Shown one piece after another: positions 24,856 to 31,989 of a DNA stretch of 38,227 nt; within the stretch, counting starts at the first letter, position 1, and every line of letters starts with the position of its first letter. A program made the position numbers and the translations under genes. The notes beneath the pieces were generated by a model that was not told where the DNA came from, did no database searches, and saw only the letters and a program-made list of their open reading frames with translations. This stretch comes from a virus: the IMG/VR virus record IMGVR_UViG_3300012305_000003; one strand, written 5' to 3'.

Positions 24856-25079
24856 GCTTCACCCACCCGTTCCACAATCGTCTTAATGGCCTTAAGCGTT
24901 AATTCATGGTCATCACTCGGCACAACGAATAGGCTTGCAATCATTTGCACTTTCTTGGCGTACTTACGAGCATCTTTGCGATATCCATTACGCTCACGGT
25001 CTAGCTTTTCATTAAAGGCAAGCAGCTCGGCATGTTCTTTTTGAAGCTGCTTAAGATTCATTTCTAGGTAATCATTCAC
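24852..25079 (-). CDS. Hypothetical protein
   Basis: 75-aa helical ORF coupled to the dnaB stop. Confidence 0.5.
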   Translation of the reverse strand: MNDYLEMNLKQLQKEHAELLAFNEKLDRERNGYRKDARKYAKKVQMIASLFVVPSDDHELTLKAIKTIVERVGEA

Positions 25080-26452
25080 ACCCCACCCCCTGCGCTTTGC
25101 CCAACAATTTGCAACTGCGTGTAATATTCAGGACTCAAATCACAGAAAGTGGCCCGACCTAAATCAGTCGCCAGGCGAACCGTTCCAGTTGATCCGTTAC
25201 GTGCCTTACCAATGATGATTTCCGCTGTGCCTGCTTCTTTTGAATCCTTGTTGTAAACCTCGTCACGGTAGATAAACATGATGATGTCTGCATCTTGCTC
25301 AATAGCGCCTGACTCACGAATATCTGACATCACTGGACGCTTGTTTGGTCGCTGCTCCAAAGATCGGTTGAGCTGTGACAAGGCAATCACTGGGCAACCA
25401 AAGTCCTTGGCAATCTTTTTAAGGCCCCATGAAATGTCACCAATCTCCTGCACCTTGTTTCCTGTTTTCTCAGGTGGGGTCATGATCTGAAGATAATCAA
25501 CCACGATGGCATTCAATCGACCACCAGTCTTTTGCTGAACCTTACGAGCTTCACGGCGAATATCGGCCAGACTTGGAGAGGCCTTGTCATTGATGAAGAT
25601 CGGGCATTTTTTCAAAGTGTCGACAGCGCGATAAATACAACCTGCGCCTTCCTCATCAAATACAGCAGAACGGACTTGCTTTAATGGAATCTGACCAAGG
25701 CCCGAAATCATTCGCTCCATGATCTGCTCTTTCGACATCTCCCCAGACATGAACAACACCACTTCACCCTGATTTACAGCAAGGTCGAGCATGATGTTCT
25801 GGGCCAATGTGGTTTTACCCATCGAAGGACGTGCACCGATAATCACCAGATCGGTACGGTCAATGCGGTCCAGCTTGTTATCCAGTTCAATAAAACCCGT
25901 CTTTACCCCCGCTTTGACTTCAATACCGGCATGAATCTTTTGGTGGCGGTCAATGATGTCAGTCAGCACATCTACAGCAATCGCTTCGACGCTCAAAGTT
26001 GCTTGCTGGGTCGTTGTGTTATCAAGACCAGAAACCAGTGACTGCACCTTTTCAATTGCGGTTTCACCGGTGTAAGTCAGCGTATCGTTGGCAATAGTGC
26101 TGATATGCTTGCTCAGGTCTGCAATCTTTCTGCGAGTGGATAAATCTTTTAGGGTTTTGATGTGCGTAGGAATGAGCCTAGGAAGCGATATAGCACTCGA
26201 TAGCTCCATGATGTACGTTTCATCGACCTGGGTGCTTTCTGTTGGATTTGAGCGAATCTGCTCCCAAACAACAACTGCATCATGCCCTTCGCCCTTTAGG
26301 TGCTGGCGTTTGATGTAATTGAAAATGACTTGGTGGCGGCTGGCATAGAAATCACTTTCTTCCAGTTGCTCGATGTAGTCACCAGATCCAGCGAAGTCCA
26401 TGAACGAACATAAGACAGCTTGTTCGGTAGGAATCGAAAATAACTCAGTCAT
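25076..26452 (-). CDS. dnaB: Replicative DNA helicase DnaB
   Basis: 458 aa. N-terminal DnaB domain (PTEQAVLCSFM). Walker A GARPSMGKTT. IVVDYLQ, SQLNRSLEQRPNKRPVMSDIRESGAIEQDAD. Confidence 0.92.
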   Translation of the reverse strand: MTELFSIPTEQAVLCSFMDFAGSGDYIEQLEESDFYASRHQVIFNYIKRQHLKGEGHDAVVVWEQIRSNPTESTQVDETYIMELSSAISLPRLIPTHIKTLKDLSTRRKIADLSKHISTIANDTLTYTGETAIEKVQSLVSGLDNTTTQQATLSVEAIAVDVLTDIIDRHQKIHAGIEVKAGVKTGFIELDNKLDRIDRTDLVIIGARPSMGKTTLAQNIMLDLAVNQGEVVLFMSGEMSKEQIMERMISGLGQIPLKQVRSAVFDEEGAGCIYRAVDTLKKCPIFINDKASPSLADIRREARKVQQKTGGRLNAIVVDYLQIMTPPEKTGNKVQEIGDISWGLKKIAKDFGCPVIALSQLNRSLEQRPNKRPVMSDIRESGAIEQDADIIMFIYRDEVYNKDSKEAGTAEIIIGKARNGSTGTVRLATDLGRATFCDLSPEYYTQLQIVGQSAGGGV

Positions 26453-27203
26453 TGCTCATCCCCTTAAATTTCTTAGCCACACCTTTGAAAACTGGTGCTG
26501 CTGGTTGGTCAGGGGTTGGCACTGGTTGAGAGTTCTGAAACTCAGAAAGATTAATGTTACTCAACCAAGATGAGTTGAAGCCCTGCCAGTTTCTTTCGAT
26601 GCAAATTTTTAAAGCTGTATTCACATCAAGATTGGATTTATCTAACTCGCGTTTAAATCCGTTGAAAGCAGTTTCGGTGTTAGAAGCTTTTTTGGTTTTT
26701 CGTACAAGCATCCAGTCACTAATAAGTTGAGTTTCTGCGCCAAGGTTTTTTAGCTCCTGAGCAAAATTAAACTTAATAATAGTTTTAGATTCTTTTTTAG
26801 TTCCTTTTAGGTTCTGTGTACCGTTTTTGGGACTGTTAGGTGGTAAAAACGGTACTGTTTCTTGGTAATTTTGGGACTGTTCCGTTTTTGGAACTGTTCC
26901 AAAATTGGTACTGTTTAATTCTTCATCTTCACGAGTCTTAATCCCTAACAGGCGGTACACAACAACTTGCTTGGTAATCCCTTTTCGGTGACCCGTGTCT
27001 TCAACCAAACCAAGTTCACATAGCTCAGAAATTACCTTCATGATCGTTTTTCGGTTCAGATGAGTGTCTTTTGTGATGCGCGCCACTGACGGAAAGCAGG
27101 TGTGGTATTCACCAGCACGATCAGCCAGAGAGAGCAAGACAAGGCGTTGTGTTGAGCTTTTGACTGGAGCAGACCAAGCCCAACGAGTTGCATCAACACT
27201 CAT
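26445..27203 (-). CDS. Replication initiator (lambda O-like role; N-terminal HTH_36-type domain) containing the putative origin
   Basis: ATG 27203 forms an ATGA overlap with the upstream stop. WAWSAPVKSSTQRLVLLSLADRAGEYHTCFPSVARITKDTHLNRKTIMKVISELCELGLV is a phage replication-protein HTH. Iterons lie mid-gene. Confidence 0.75.
   Translation of the reverse strand: MSVDATRWAWSAPVKSSTQRLVLLSLADRAGEYHTCFPSVARITKDTHLNRKTIMKVISELCELGLVEDTGHRKGITKQVVVYRLLGIKTREDEELNSTNFGTVPKTEQSQNYQETVPFLPPNSPKNGTQNLKGTKKESKTIIKFNFAQELKNLGAETQLISDWMLVRKTKKASNTETAFNGFKRELDKSNLDVNTALKICIERNWQGFNSSWLSNINLSEFQNSQPVPTPDQPAAPVFKGVAKKFKGMSND
26821..26915. repeat. Putative replication-origin iterons: five GG(G/T/A)ACTGTT repeats at 22/22/17/17-bp spacing
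   Basis: Copies at 26829, 26851, 26873, 26890 and 26907. CCGTTTTTGG(G/A)ACTGTT occurs twice. There is a CCGTTTTT/AAAAACGG inverted pair. An AT-rich tract lies adjacent at 26761-26810. Confidence 0.65.
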
Positions 27204-27361
27204 GACATCACCTTCATTGCAAATTTGCATAATTCAGTTTTCGCTTGTGCTAAAGCTTGAGAATTGGCAATCGTTTTTTCAGTTGCATATCGCTCGACTG
27301 CTTTTTGAAACAAATAAATCTTTCTGTTTACTTCTATTTCAGTTAAAATTTGATTATTCAT
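27200..27361 (-). CDS. Hypothetical small protein (53 aa from ATG 27361)
   Basis: MNNQILTEIEVNRKIYLFQKAVERYATEK... The longer 82-aa version would start inside the upstream gene and span the terminator. Confidence 0.45.
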   Translation of the reverse strand: MNNQILTEIEVNRKIYLFQKAVERYATEKTIANSQALAQAKTELCKFAMKVMS

Positions 27362-27386
27362 AATGGGTTCCAACCTTTTGAATATT

Positions 27387-27416
27387 AAAAGCCTGATCCA
27401 CGAAATCAGGCTTTTT
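27387..27416 (-). terminator. Intrinsic terminator (tR1-like) overlapping the stop codon of the CII-like gene
   Basis: AAAAGCCTGAT-ccacgaa-ATCAGGCTTTT: an 11-bp perfect stem with A/T tracts on both sides. Confidence 0.7.
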
Positions 27417-27897
27417 CTCGTTGTAGAGCTGATAAATACTTTGCACACTCGCCCTTCATGGCTTTACGCAAAGACTGAATTTTGTGTTCGATCTCTTCCA
27501 GGATGCGATCTGTCTCATCCATTTCAGCAGGTGTCACCACACCATCTTCCAGAGCAGATAAAACCTGTTTATTCGCTGCGCCATTGCCAACATTCATGCC
27601 AAGCAGCGATTCAAGAACTCCTAATTGATGATCCTTCCCTTCCGCTTGCTCTACTGGCACTAATGCAAAACCTAATTTGTGCGCCCATACCTTTAACGAA
27701 GCTGGGTTTTGCGTATAAGTCAGCATTGCTTCAAATGCCTTTAGGCTCGGCAAATGGTTTTCCATATTTGGATTGGCATAGTTCAAAATCGTGTTGTGGG
27801 ACACACCAACAACATCAGCAATCTCTTTAGGCGTAATCCCGTTGGATTGGTGAATCATCTTGTGTAGTGCGGTTTTGCTTTCCTTGGATATATCCAT
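27406..27897 (-). CDS. CII-like early regulator (HTH; YdaT/CP76-like position after cro)
   Basis: N-terminal HTH GITPKEIADVVGVSHNTILNYAN and a C-terminal helical region. Second gene of the PR-like operon. Confidence 0.5.
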   Translation of the reverse strand: MDISKESKTALHKMIHQSNGITPKEIADVVGVSHNTILNYANPNMENHLPSLKAFEAMLTYTQNPASLKVWAHKLGFALVPVEQAEGKDHQLGVLESLLGMNVGNGAANKQVLSALEDGVVTPAEMDETDRILEEIEHKIQSLRKAMKGECAKYLSALQREKA

Positions 27898-27954
27898 GTG
27901 AACACCTTGTTTACTTTCACGTTTATTAAAAACGCTAAGTTGTTGATAATTGGT

Positions 27955-28143
27955 TTAAGCAATTAAGGCTTCCAAATTTGCCTTTAACTTGCCTTTACTT
28001 TGAATTTGGAGAATTGCCTGGGTTGAAGCTGGAATTCCATATGAGCGCCACTTGCTAATAGCTCCGCGTGTCTTTTTTAAGATTCGCGCTAGGTCTGCAT
28101 CAGTTTCAGCTCTGTAATGCTCCTTTACGTCATCGACAGTCAT
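27955..28143 (-). CDS. cro: Cro-like repressor
   Basis: 62 aa. DADLARILKKTRGAISKWRSYGIP parallels recalled P22 Cro (RAVAKALGISDAAVSQWKEVIP). Divergent from cI across the operator region. Confidence 0.75.
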   Translation of the reverse strand: MTVDDVKEHYRAETDADLARILKKTRGAISKWRSYGIPASTQAILQIQSKGKLKANLEALIA

Positions 28144-28146
28144 AAT

Positions 28147-28228
28147 GTTTACCTTGATAAACTTTTAGTTTCCCTAAGTAAACCATAAGTTTCTTTTTAG
28201 GTCAATAATAGTGTTTACCATTGGAAAC
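28147..28228. promoter_or_regulatory. OR-like region: three 16-bp operators (GTTTMC-N4-RKAAAC) and a PR-like promoter
   Basis: OR1 28147-28162 GTTTACCTTGATAAAC. OR2 28168-28183 GTTTCCCTAAGTAAAC. OR3 28213-28228 GTTTACCATTGGAAAC. Minus-strand -35 TTGACC (28205-28200), 17-nt spacer, -10 TTTACT (28182-28177) inside OR2. Confidence 0.7.
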
Positions 28229-28250
28229 AATTGTTATGGGTATTTTTGCA

Positions 28251-28937
28251 ATGAGCAGCGTTTCTGAGCGTATCTTGATGAGAATGAAGGAACTTAACCT
28301 TCAGCAAGTTGATCTGATTGAGGCCACAGGCCTTAGTAAAGGCACGGTCTCCAAATGGATCTCGGGTGTGAATGTCCCTAGTGGCAAAAGCATCACATCT
28401 CTTGCAAAAGCCTTAAAGACATCACCTGAATGGATTTTAGATGGTGAGGGCCTTAAAAATTTAGGTGGCCCTGTAAAAGAAGAGGACGATAAAGGATTTA
28501 ATAATGTTCGTTTTAATGGAAAGAAACTTACACGGATTCCGGTGTTAGATTTTGTGCAAGCTGGTATGTGGCGAGAAGTCGCCTATGATGGCGGTGAGCC
28601 AAAGGGATACACCCTCACCACATATGAGAATAAAGACCCAAGCACTATTTTTAGTGTGACTGTCGAAGGTATGAGCATGTACCCTGAGTTTCAGCCTGGT
28701 GATGATATTGTTATTGATGCTTCAATTACCCCTCAACCTGGCGATTATGTGGTAGCTCAGAATGGTGAGTATGAGGTTACTTTCAAGAAATACAGGGTTG
28801 TAGGTTTTGATGAGCATGGCCGTGAAGTGTTTGAATTGGTTCCGCTAAATCCAGATTTCCCTATTCACAACTCGCAAAAGCACCCTATTTCAATTATTGG
28901 TGTAGTTGTTCAGCATCACAGAGAATTTAGAAAATAA
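28251..28937 (+). CDS. cI: CI-type repressor (N-terminal HTH plus C-terminal S24/LexA autopeptidase)
   Basis: HTH LNLQQVDLIEATGLSKGTVSKWISG. C-terminal VEGMSMYPEFQPGDDIVID...FKKY (Ser-Lys dyad context). The start could also be ATG 28236; the track's TTG 28221 lies inside OR3. Confidence 0.88.
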   Translation: MSSVSERILMRMKELNLQQVDLIEATGLSKGTVSKWISGVNVPSGKSITSLAKALKTSPEWILDGEGLKNLGGPVKEEDDKGFNNVRFNGKKLTRIPVLDFVQAGMWREVAYDGGEPKGYTLTTYENKDPSTIFSVTVEGMSMYPEFQPGDDIVIDASITPQPGDYVVAQNGEYEVTFKKYRVVGFDEHGREVFELVPLNPDFPIHNSQKHPISIIGVVVQHHREFRK

Positions 28938-28940
28938 TAA

Positions 28941-28959
28941 AAGCCGCTATATGCGGCTT
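28941..28959 (+). other. Hairpin between cI and the DUF3800 gene (no U-tract; weak terminator or attenuator)
   Basis: AAGCCGC-tatat-GCGGCTT followed by GGGTATTGG. Confidence 0.35.
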
Positions 28960-28983
28960 GGGTATTGGAGTGGGGAGTGGGGT

Positions 28984-29730
28984 GTGGAGTTTAGCGATTA
29001 TATTGTTTATGTGGATGAGAGTGGAAGTGTTGATATGCTTAACAACGATCCAGACTTTCCTGTATTTGTCCTCTCATTCTGTGTTTTTCACAAGAAATAC
29101 TACACAAGCACTGTAGTTAAGGCTGTTGAGGATTTAAAATTTAAGCATTTTGGTCATGACATTATAATTTTACATGAAAGGGATATAAGAAAAAGAACCT
29201 CTCACTTCTCTGGCTTTGATAAAACCAAGATGGGGTTATTAATGGATGACTTAAACAACCTAATGCTTAACAACCACTTCATGTTAATTTCATCTGTAAT
29301 ACGAAAAGACAAATTGACTGATAGGGGTGCCAATCCATATGAGGTTGCCATGAAATTTTGCTTAGAAAGGTTGTTCTATCTTCTTAAAGAAAAAAACCAA
29401 CATAACAAGCAGACACATATTATTGTTGAGTCTCGAGGAAAAAATGAAGATGCTCAGCTGGAGTTGGGGTTTAGGCGTATATGTGATCCTAGTGGGAATT
29501 ATCTAAACAAGATTTTCCCTTTTGAAATTATTTTTGCCTCTAAGAAAACAAACTCATCTGGTCTACAGTTTGCTGACCTGGTGGCCCGACCTATTGGTCG
29601 GCATGTTATTAACCCTATGCAAAACAATAGAGCGTTCGAGATCTTAAAAAATAAATTTTATTGTAAGGGTGGTAGAAAGCTGACAGGCTATAATTATTTG
29701 GGCTATGGTTTAAAAATATTCCCATCCTAA
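28984..29730 (+). CDS. DUF3800-family protein, co-oriented with cI (lysogen-expressed accessory gene)
   Basis: GTG 28984 is preceded by GGAG with 6-nt spacing and gives (M)EFSDYIVYVDESGS. Hallmarks are YVDESG near the N-terminus, IIVESRG, and GLQFADLVARPIG near the C-terminus. A sampled line is about 30% GC versus about 43% in cI. Confidence 0.75.
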   Translation: MEFSDYIVYVDESGSVDMLNNDPDFPVFVLSFCVFHKKYYTSTVVKAVEDLKFKHFGHDIIILHERDIRKRTSHFSGFDKTKMGLLMDDLNNLMLNNHFMLISSVIRKDKLTDRGANPYEVAMKFCLERLFYLLKEKNQHNKQTHIIVESRGKNEDAQLELGFRRICDPSGNYLNKIFPFEIIFASKKTNSSGLQFADLVARPIGRHVINPMQNNRAFEILKNKFYCKGGRKLTGYNYLGYGLKIFPS

Positions 29731-29841
29731 AAAAACAAAGAGCCTTGATGATTGCACCAAAGCTCTTTGCCGACCGGGAATGCCCAATCCATTAAGTTAA
29801 ATATAAGCGATTCAATCAATTTAATCAAGCATTCCTGTACC

Positions 29842-29872
29842 AAACCCACCCCAGCGGTGGGTTTTCTTTTGT
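29842..29872 (+). terminator. Strong intrinsic terminator closing the cI-DUF3800 unit
   Basis: ACCCACC-ccagc-GGTGGGT followed by TTTTCTTTT. Confidence 0.85.
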
Positions 29873-29908
29873 CTATTAAAACATAAAAGTTTCCATAAAG
29901 AATAAAAA

Positions 29909-29959
29909 GTTTCTTTTAATAAACTTTTCTCTTGACTATAAAGTTTCCTTTGGTAAACT
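29909..29959 (+). promoter_or_regulatory. OL/PL-like region: operators of the same family overlapping a plus-strand promoter
   Basis: OL1 29943-29958 GTTTCCTTTGGTAAAC. OL2 29909-29924 GTTTCTTTTAATAAAC. Half-site GTTTCC at 29889. -35 TTGACT (29932-29937), 16-nt spacer, -10 TAAACT (29954-29959). Confidence 0.65.
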
Positions 29960-30039
29960 AAATCTCACAGACAGCAAAAAGCCCCAGCGTTGCGCGAACA
30001 ACCTGGAGCGTGACCCATCCTACAGTGAGTGAAATTATT

Positions 30040-30513
30040 ATGAATACAAAAGTTGATGAAGGCAAGTTGAATGCTGATCGAGTTTTCAGCTATCGCGGCG
30101 AAGACAATTGGTCTGACTATGAAAATCCTGCCGAAGCCCTGCAAGACATGGAAGATGACGACGTATTAGAGATTGGCAATACCTTCCTTACTGGTATCAA
30201 GCGCCAGACATCGCCCACCCAGTTCATCATGGATGCTGATGAAGTTTTGGAAAATTACGACCTGCGCATTTATGACAATTTTCCGAGTGATTTCACTGAC
30301 GGTAATACAGGATCGGATAGCGTTGGTGATGAAGCAAAAGCTGAATTAAATAACTTCTTAAAAGCTTGGGCTGAAAAACATCTGGGTGTCACTTTCTGGG
30401 AAATTGATCATGATGAAGAGATTGCTGTCACTCAAGAAATGATTGATGCCTTTCATGCAAATCAACCAATCCCGCTGCCTAAGTTTAAGTTCGGAGGCAG
30501 CCATGACAACTAA
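30040..30513 (+). CDS. Highly acidic hypothetical protein; first gene of the early-left operon
   Basis: 157 aa from ATG 30040. My count is about 35 D/E versus about 12 K/R. Confidence 0.6.
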   Translation: MNTKVDEGKLNADRVFSYRGEDNWSDYENPAEALQDMEDDDVLEIGNTFLTGIKRQTSPTQFIMDADEVLENYDLRIYDNFPSDFTDGNTGSDSVGDEAKAELNNFLKAWAEKHLGVTFWEIDHDEEIAVTQEMIDAFHANQPIPLPKFKFGGSHDN

Positions 30514-30856
30514 ATCCAATATTCTCAAGTCTGCATTAATTGCAGCATCCGTAAGCGCGGCGCTGGTAACGGCTTATGCGGTTCAGCCAGCTAAGACTGC
30601 TGATGAGTTATCAGAGCCTCAAATCAACATCGCTGCAAAGCAATACAAAGTTGAAAGCGTAAATTGCGATCAGATCTGTGTCGCTACTGTCAAAGCCGAC
30701 GATTACAGCATCTATGTCGAGTATGCCTTGGACGATGCCTCAGTCGAGTTTCTGGACATTCTGAACGTGGTGCATTTTGACAAGACTGTGAATGCCTATG
30801 TTGATCGTTATGAAATTGAAAAGATTAATGCTGCGATTGTTGGGGGTGTGAAGTGA
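30503..30856 (+). CDS. Hypothetical exported protein (signal peptide or N-terminal anchor)
   Basis: ATG 30503 follows a GGAGG SD. MTTKSNILKSALIAASVSAALVTAYAVQP. Confidence 0.6.
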   Translation: MTTKSNILKSALIAASVSAALVTAYAVQPAKTADELSEPQINIAAKQYKVESVNCDQICVATVKADDYSIYVEYALDDASVEFLDILNVVHFDKTVNAYVDRYEIEKINAAIVGGVK

Positions 30857-31485
30857 GACATCCAACTTTAGAGCAATTCCTGAAAGATGTTGCCCGCCAT
30901 GAGCTGACGGTGAATCTAGATCAAGGTTTATTTCGGGACCTGACAATTCAAAGACCAGGTTGCTGTGAAATGCATTATCACATCACCACTCGTCCGGGCC
31001 ATTTAATGTTTACCGGTGATATGGGTAGCTTTGTGTTTACCCGCCTTGCAGACATGTTTGACTTTTTCCGTGACAAAGATGGCTATGACATTAACCCGGG
31101 TTATTGGGAAGAAAAATTAGAGGCTGTGGATTCACGTGGTGGTGTTAAAGAGTTCTCCGCTGATGAAGCCAAACAGATTTTAACCGAGCATCTTCAAGAT
31201 CATCTTGCGGGTATAGATTCTGGCGACTACGACAAAGATCAGTCTGATGCTGAAGAAGCTAAAGAAGCTATTCAAGACCTAATTAATTGTGCTGAAGATG
31301 ATCAGCATGAGTTTATCCAAAAATTGAGAGATTGGGATTCTGATTATGCTGGTGGTTTAGATATGGATTGCTGGTGGGAGTGGGATTTTAATGATCATAC
31401 CTATCGCTATATCTGGTGCTGCTACGCAATTGTTCACGCAATCAAGCTGTATGACGCGCATAAATCTAATGAGGTGCCAGCATGA
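30853..31485 (+). CDS. Hypothetical acidic protein
   Basis: 210-aa ORF (GTG start) with an acidic central region DSGDYDKDQSDAEEAKEAIQDLINCAEDDQHEF and a Trp/Cys-rich C-terminus. Confidence 0.6.
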   Translation: MRHPTLEQFLKDVARHELTVNLDQGLFRDLTIQRPGCCEMHYHITTRPGHLMFTGDMGSFVFTRLADMFDFFRDKDGYDINPGYWEEKLEAVDSRGGVKEFSADEAKQILTEHLQDHLAGIDSGDYDKDQSDAEEAKEAIQDLINCAEDDQHEFIQKLRDWDSDYAGGLDMDCWWEWDFNDHTYRYIWCCYAIVHAIKLYDAHKSNEVPA

Positions 31486-31988
31486 ACACTTACGCTCAAT
31501 TCTGTGGATGTGGTGCGGCAATGCGTCCGATCCATCACATCGGAAACCAGTCTTTATTCATGTGCCGTGATGGTCATAGCACTAAGGTAACTGACTGCAA
31601 GGTGAATGAAGATTTTACCCGTGATTTGTACTTCTCAGACCTGCCAAGCTTCAAGGTTGATTCTGATCTTTCGATTGAAGATAACGTGTTGACCTTTGGT
31701 TTGTATCGTCAGATCGGTGAAAACCTGTGGGCAACGGCTGATTGTTCAATGGCTGTATTGCCTCACACGATGACTGAAATGCGCAGCTCGAATGGGGATA
31801 TGCGATATGCAGAGCCAGTGGATATTGATTCTTGGCTGGTAGTGAAAGATACGCCTGTGACTTTGCTGGATGTTTGGAATTTTGAAGCTGAGGAAGGTCG
31901 GGAATTTACGCTCAATGACGAGCAGATTAAAGAATTACAGCGTCTTGTGAATGAGTACGCGGAACAACTATTTGAAGAGGTGGTTTGA
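31482..31988 (+). CDS. Hypothetical protein with an N-terminal Cys/His cluster
   Basis: 168 aa. CGCG...H...C.DGH near the N-terminus. ATGA coupling with the upstream gene. Confidence 0.6.
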   Translation: MNTYAQFCGCGAAMRPIHHIGNQSLFMCRDGHSTKVTDCKVNEDFTRDLYFSDLPSFKVDSDLSIEDNVLTFGLYRQIGENLWATADCSMAVLPHTMTEMRSSNGDMRYAEPVDIDSWLVVKDTPVTLLDVWNFEAEEGREFTLNDEQIKELQRLVNEYAEQLFEEVV

Positions 31989-31989
31989 G

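Noticed and set aside
24458-25044. Plus-strand ORFs 24458-24886 (142 aa) and 24793-25044 (83 aa)
   Set aside because: They run antisense across three tightly coupled minus-strand genes, with no start context or motifs.
25076-26452. Intein or other insertion in DnaB
   Set aside because: The length (458 aa) and the contiguous motifs are those of an uninterrupted DnaB.
26821-26915. Short repeats considered as a CRISPR array or VNTR
   Set aside because: The units are only 9 bp, the spacers are 8-13 bp, and the repeats lie inside a coding frame next to an AT-rich tract. This fits iterons, not CRISPR.
27363-27830. 155-aa plus-strand ORF opposite the CII-like gene
   Set aside because: It is antisense to a well-formed HTH gene and runs through the terminator. 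It is a shadow ORF.
28906-28983. ORF-track start (28906) or ATG 28951 for the DUF3800 gene
   Set aside because: 28906 overlaps the cI C-terminus, and 28951 lies inside the hairpin loop/stem. DUF3800 proteins begin a few residues before the DESG motif, and GTG 28984 has a GGAG SD.
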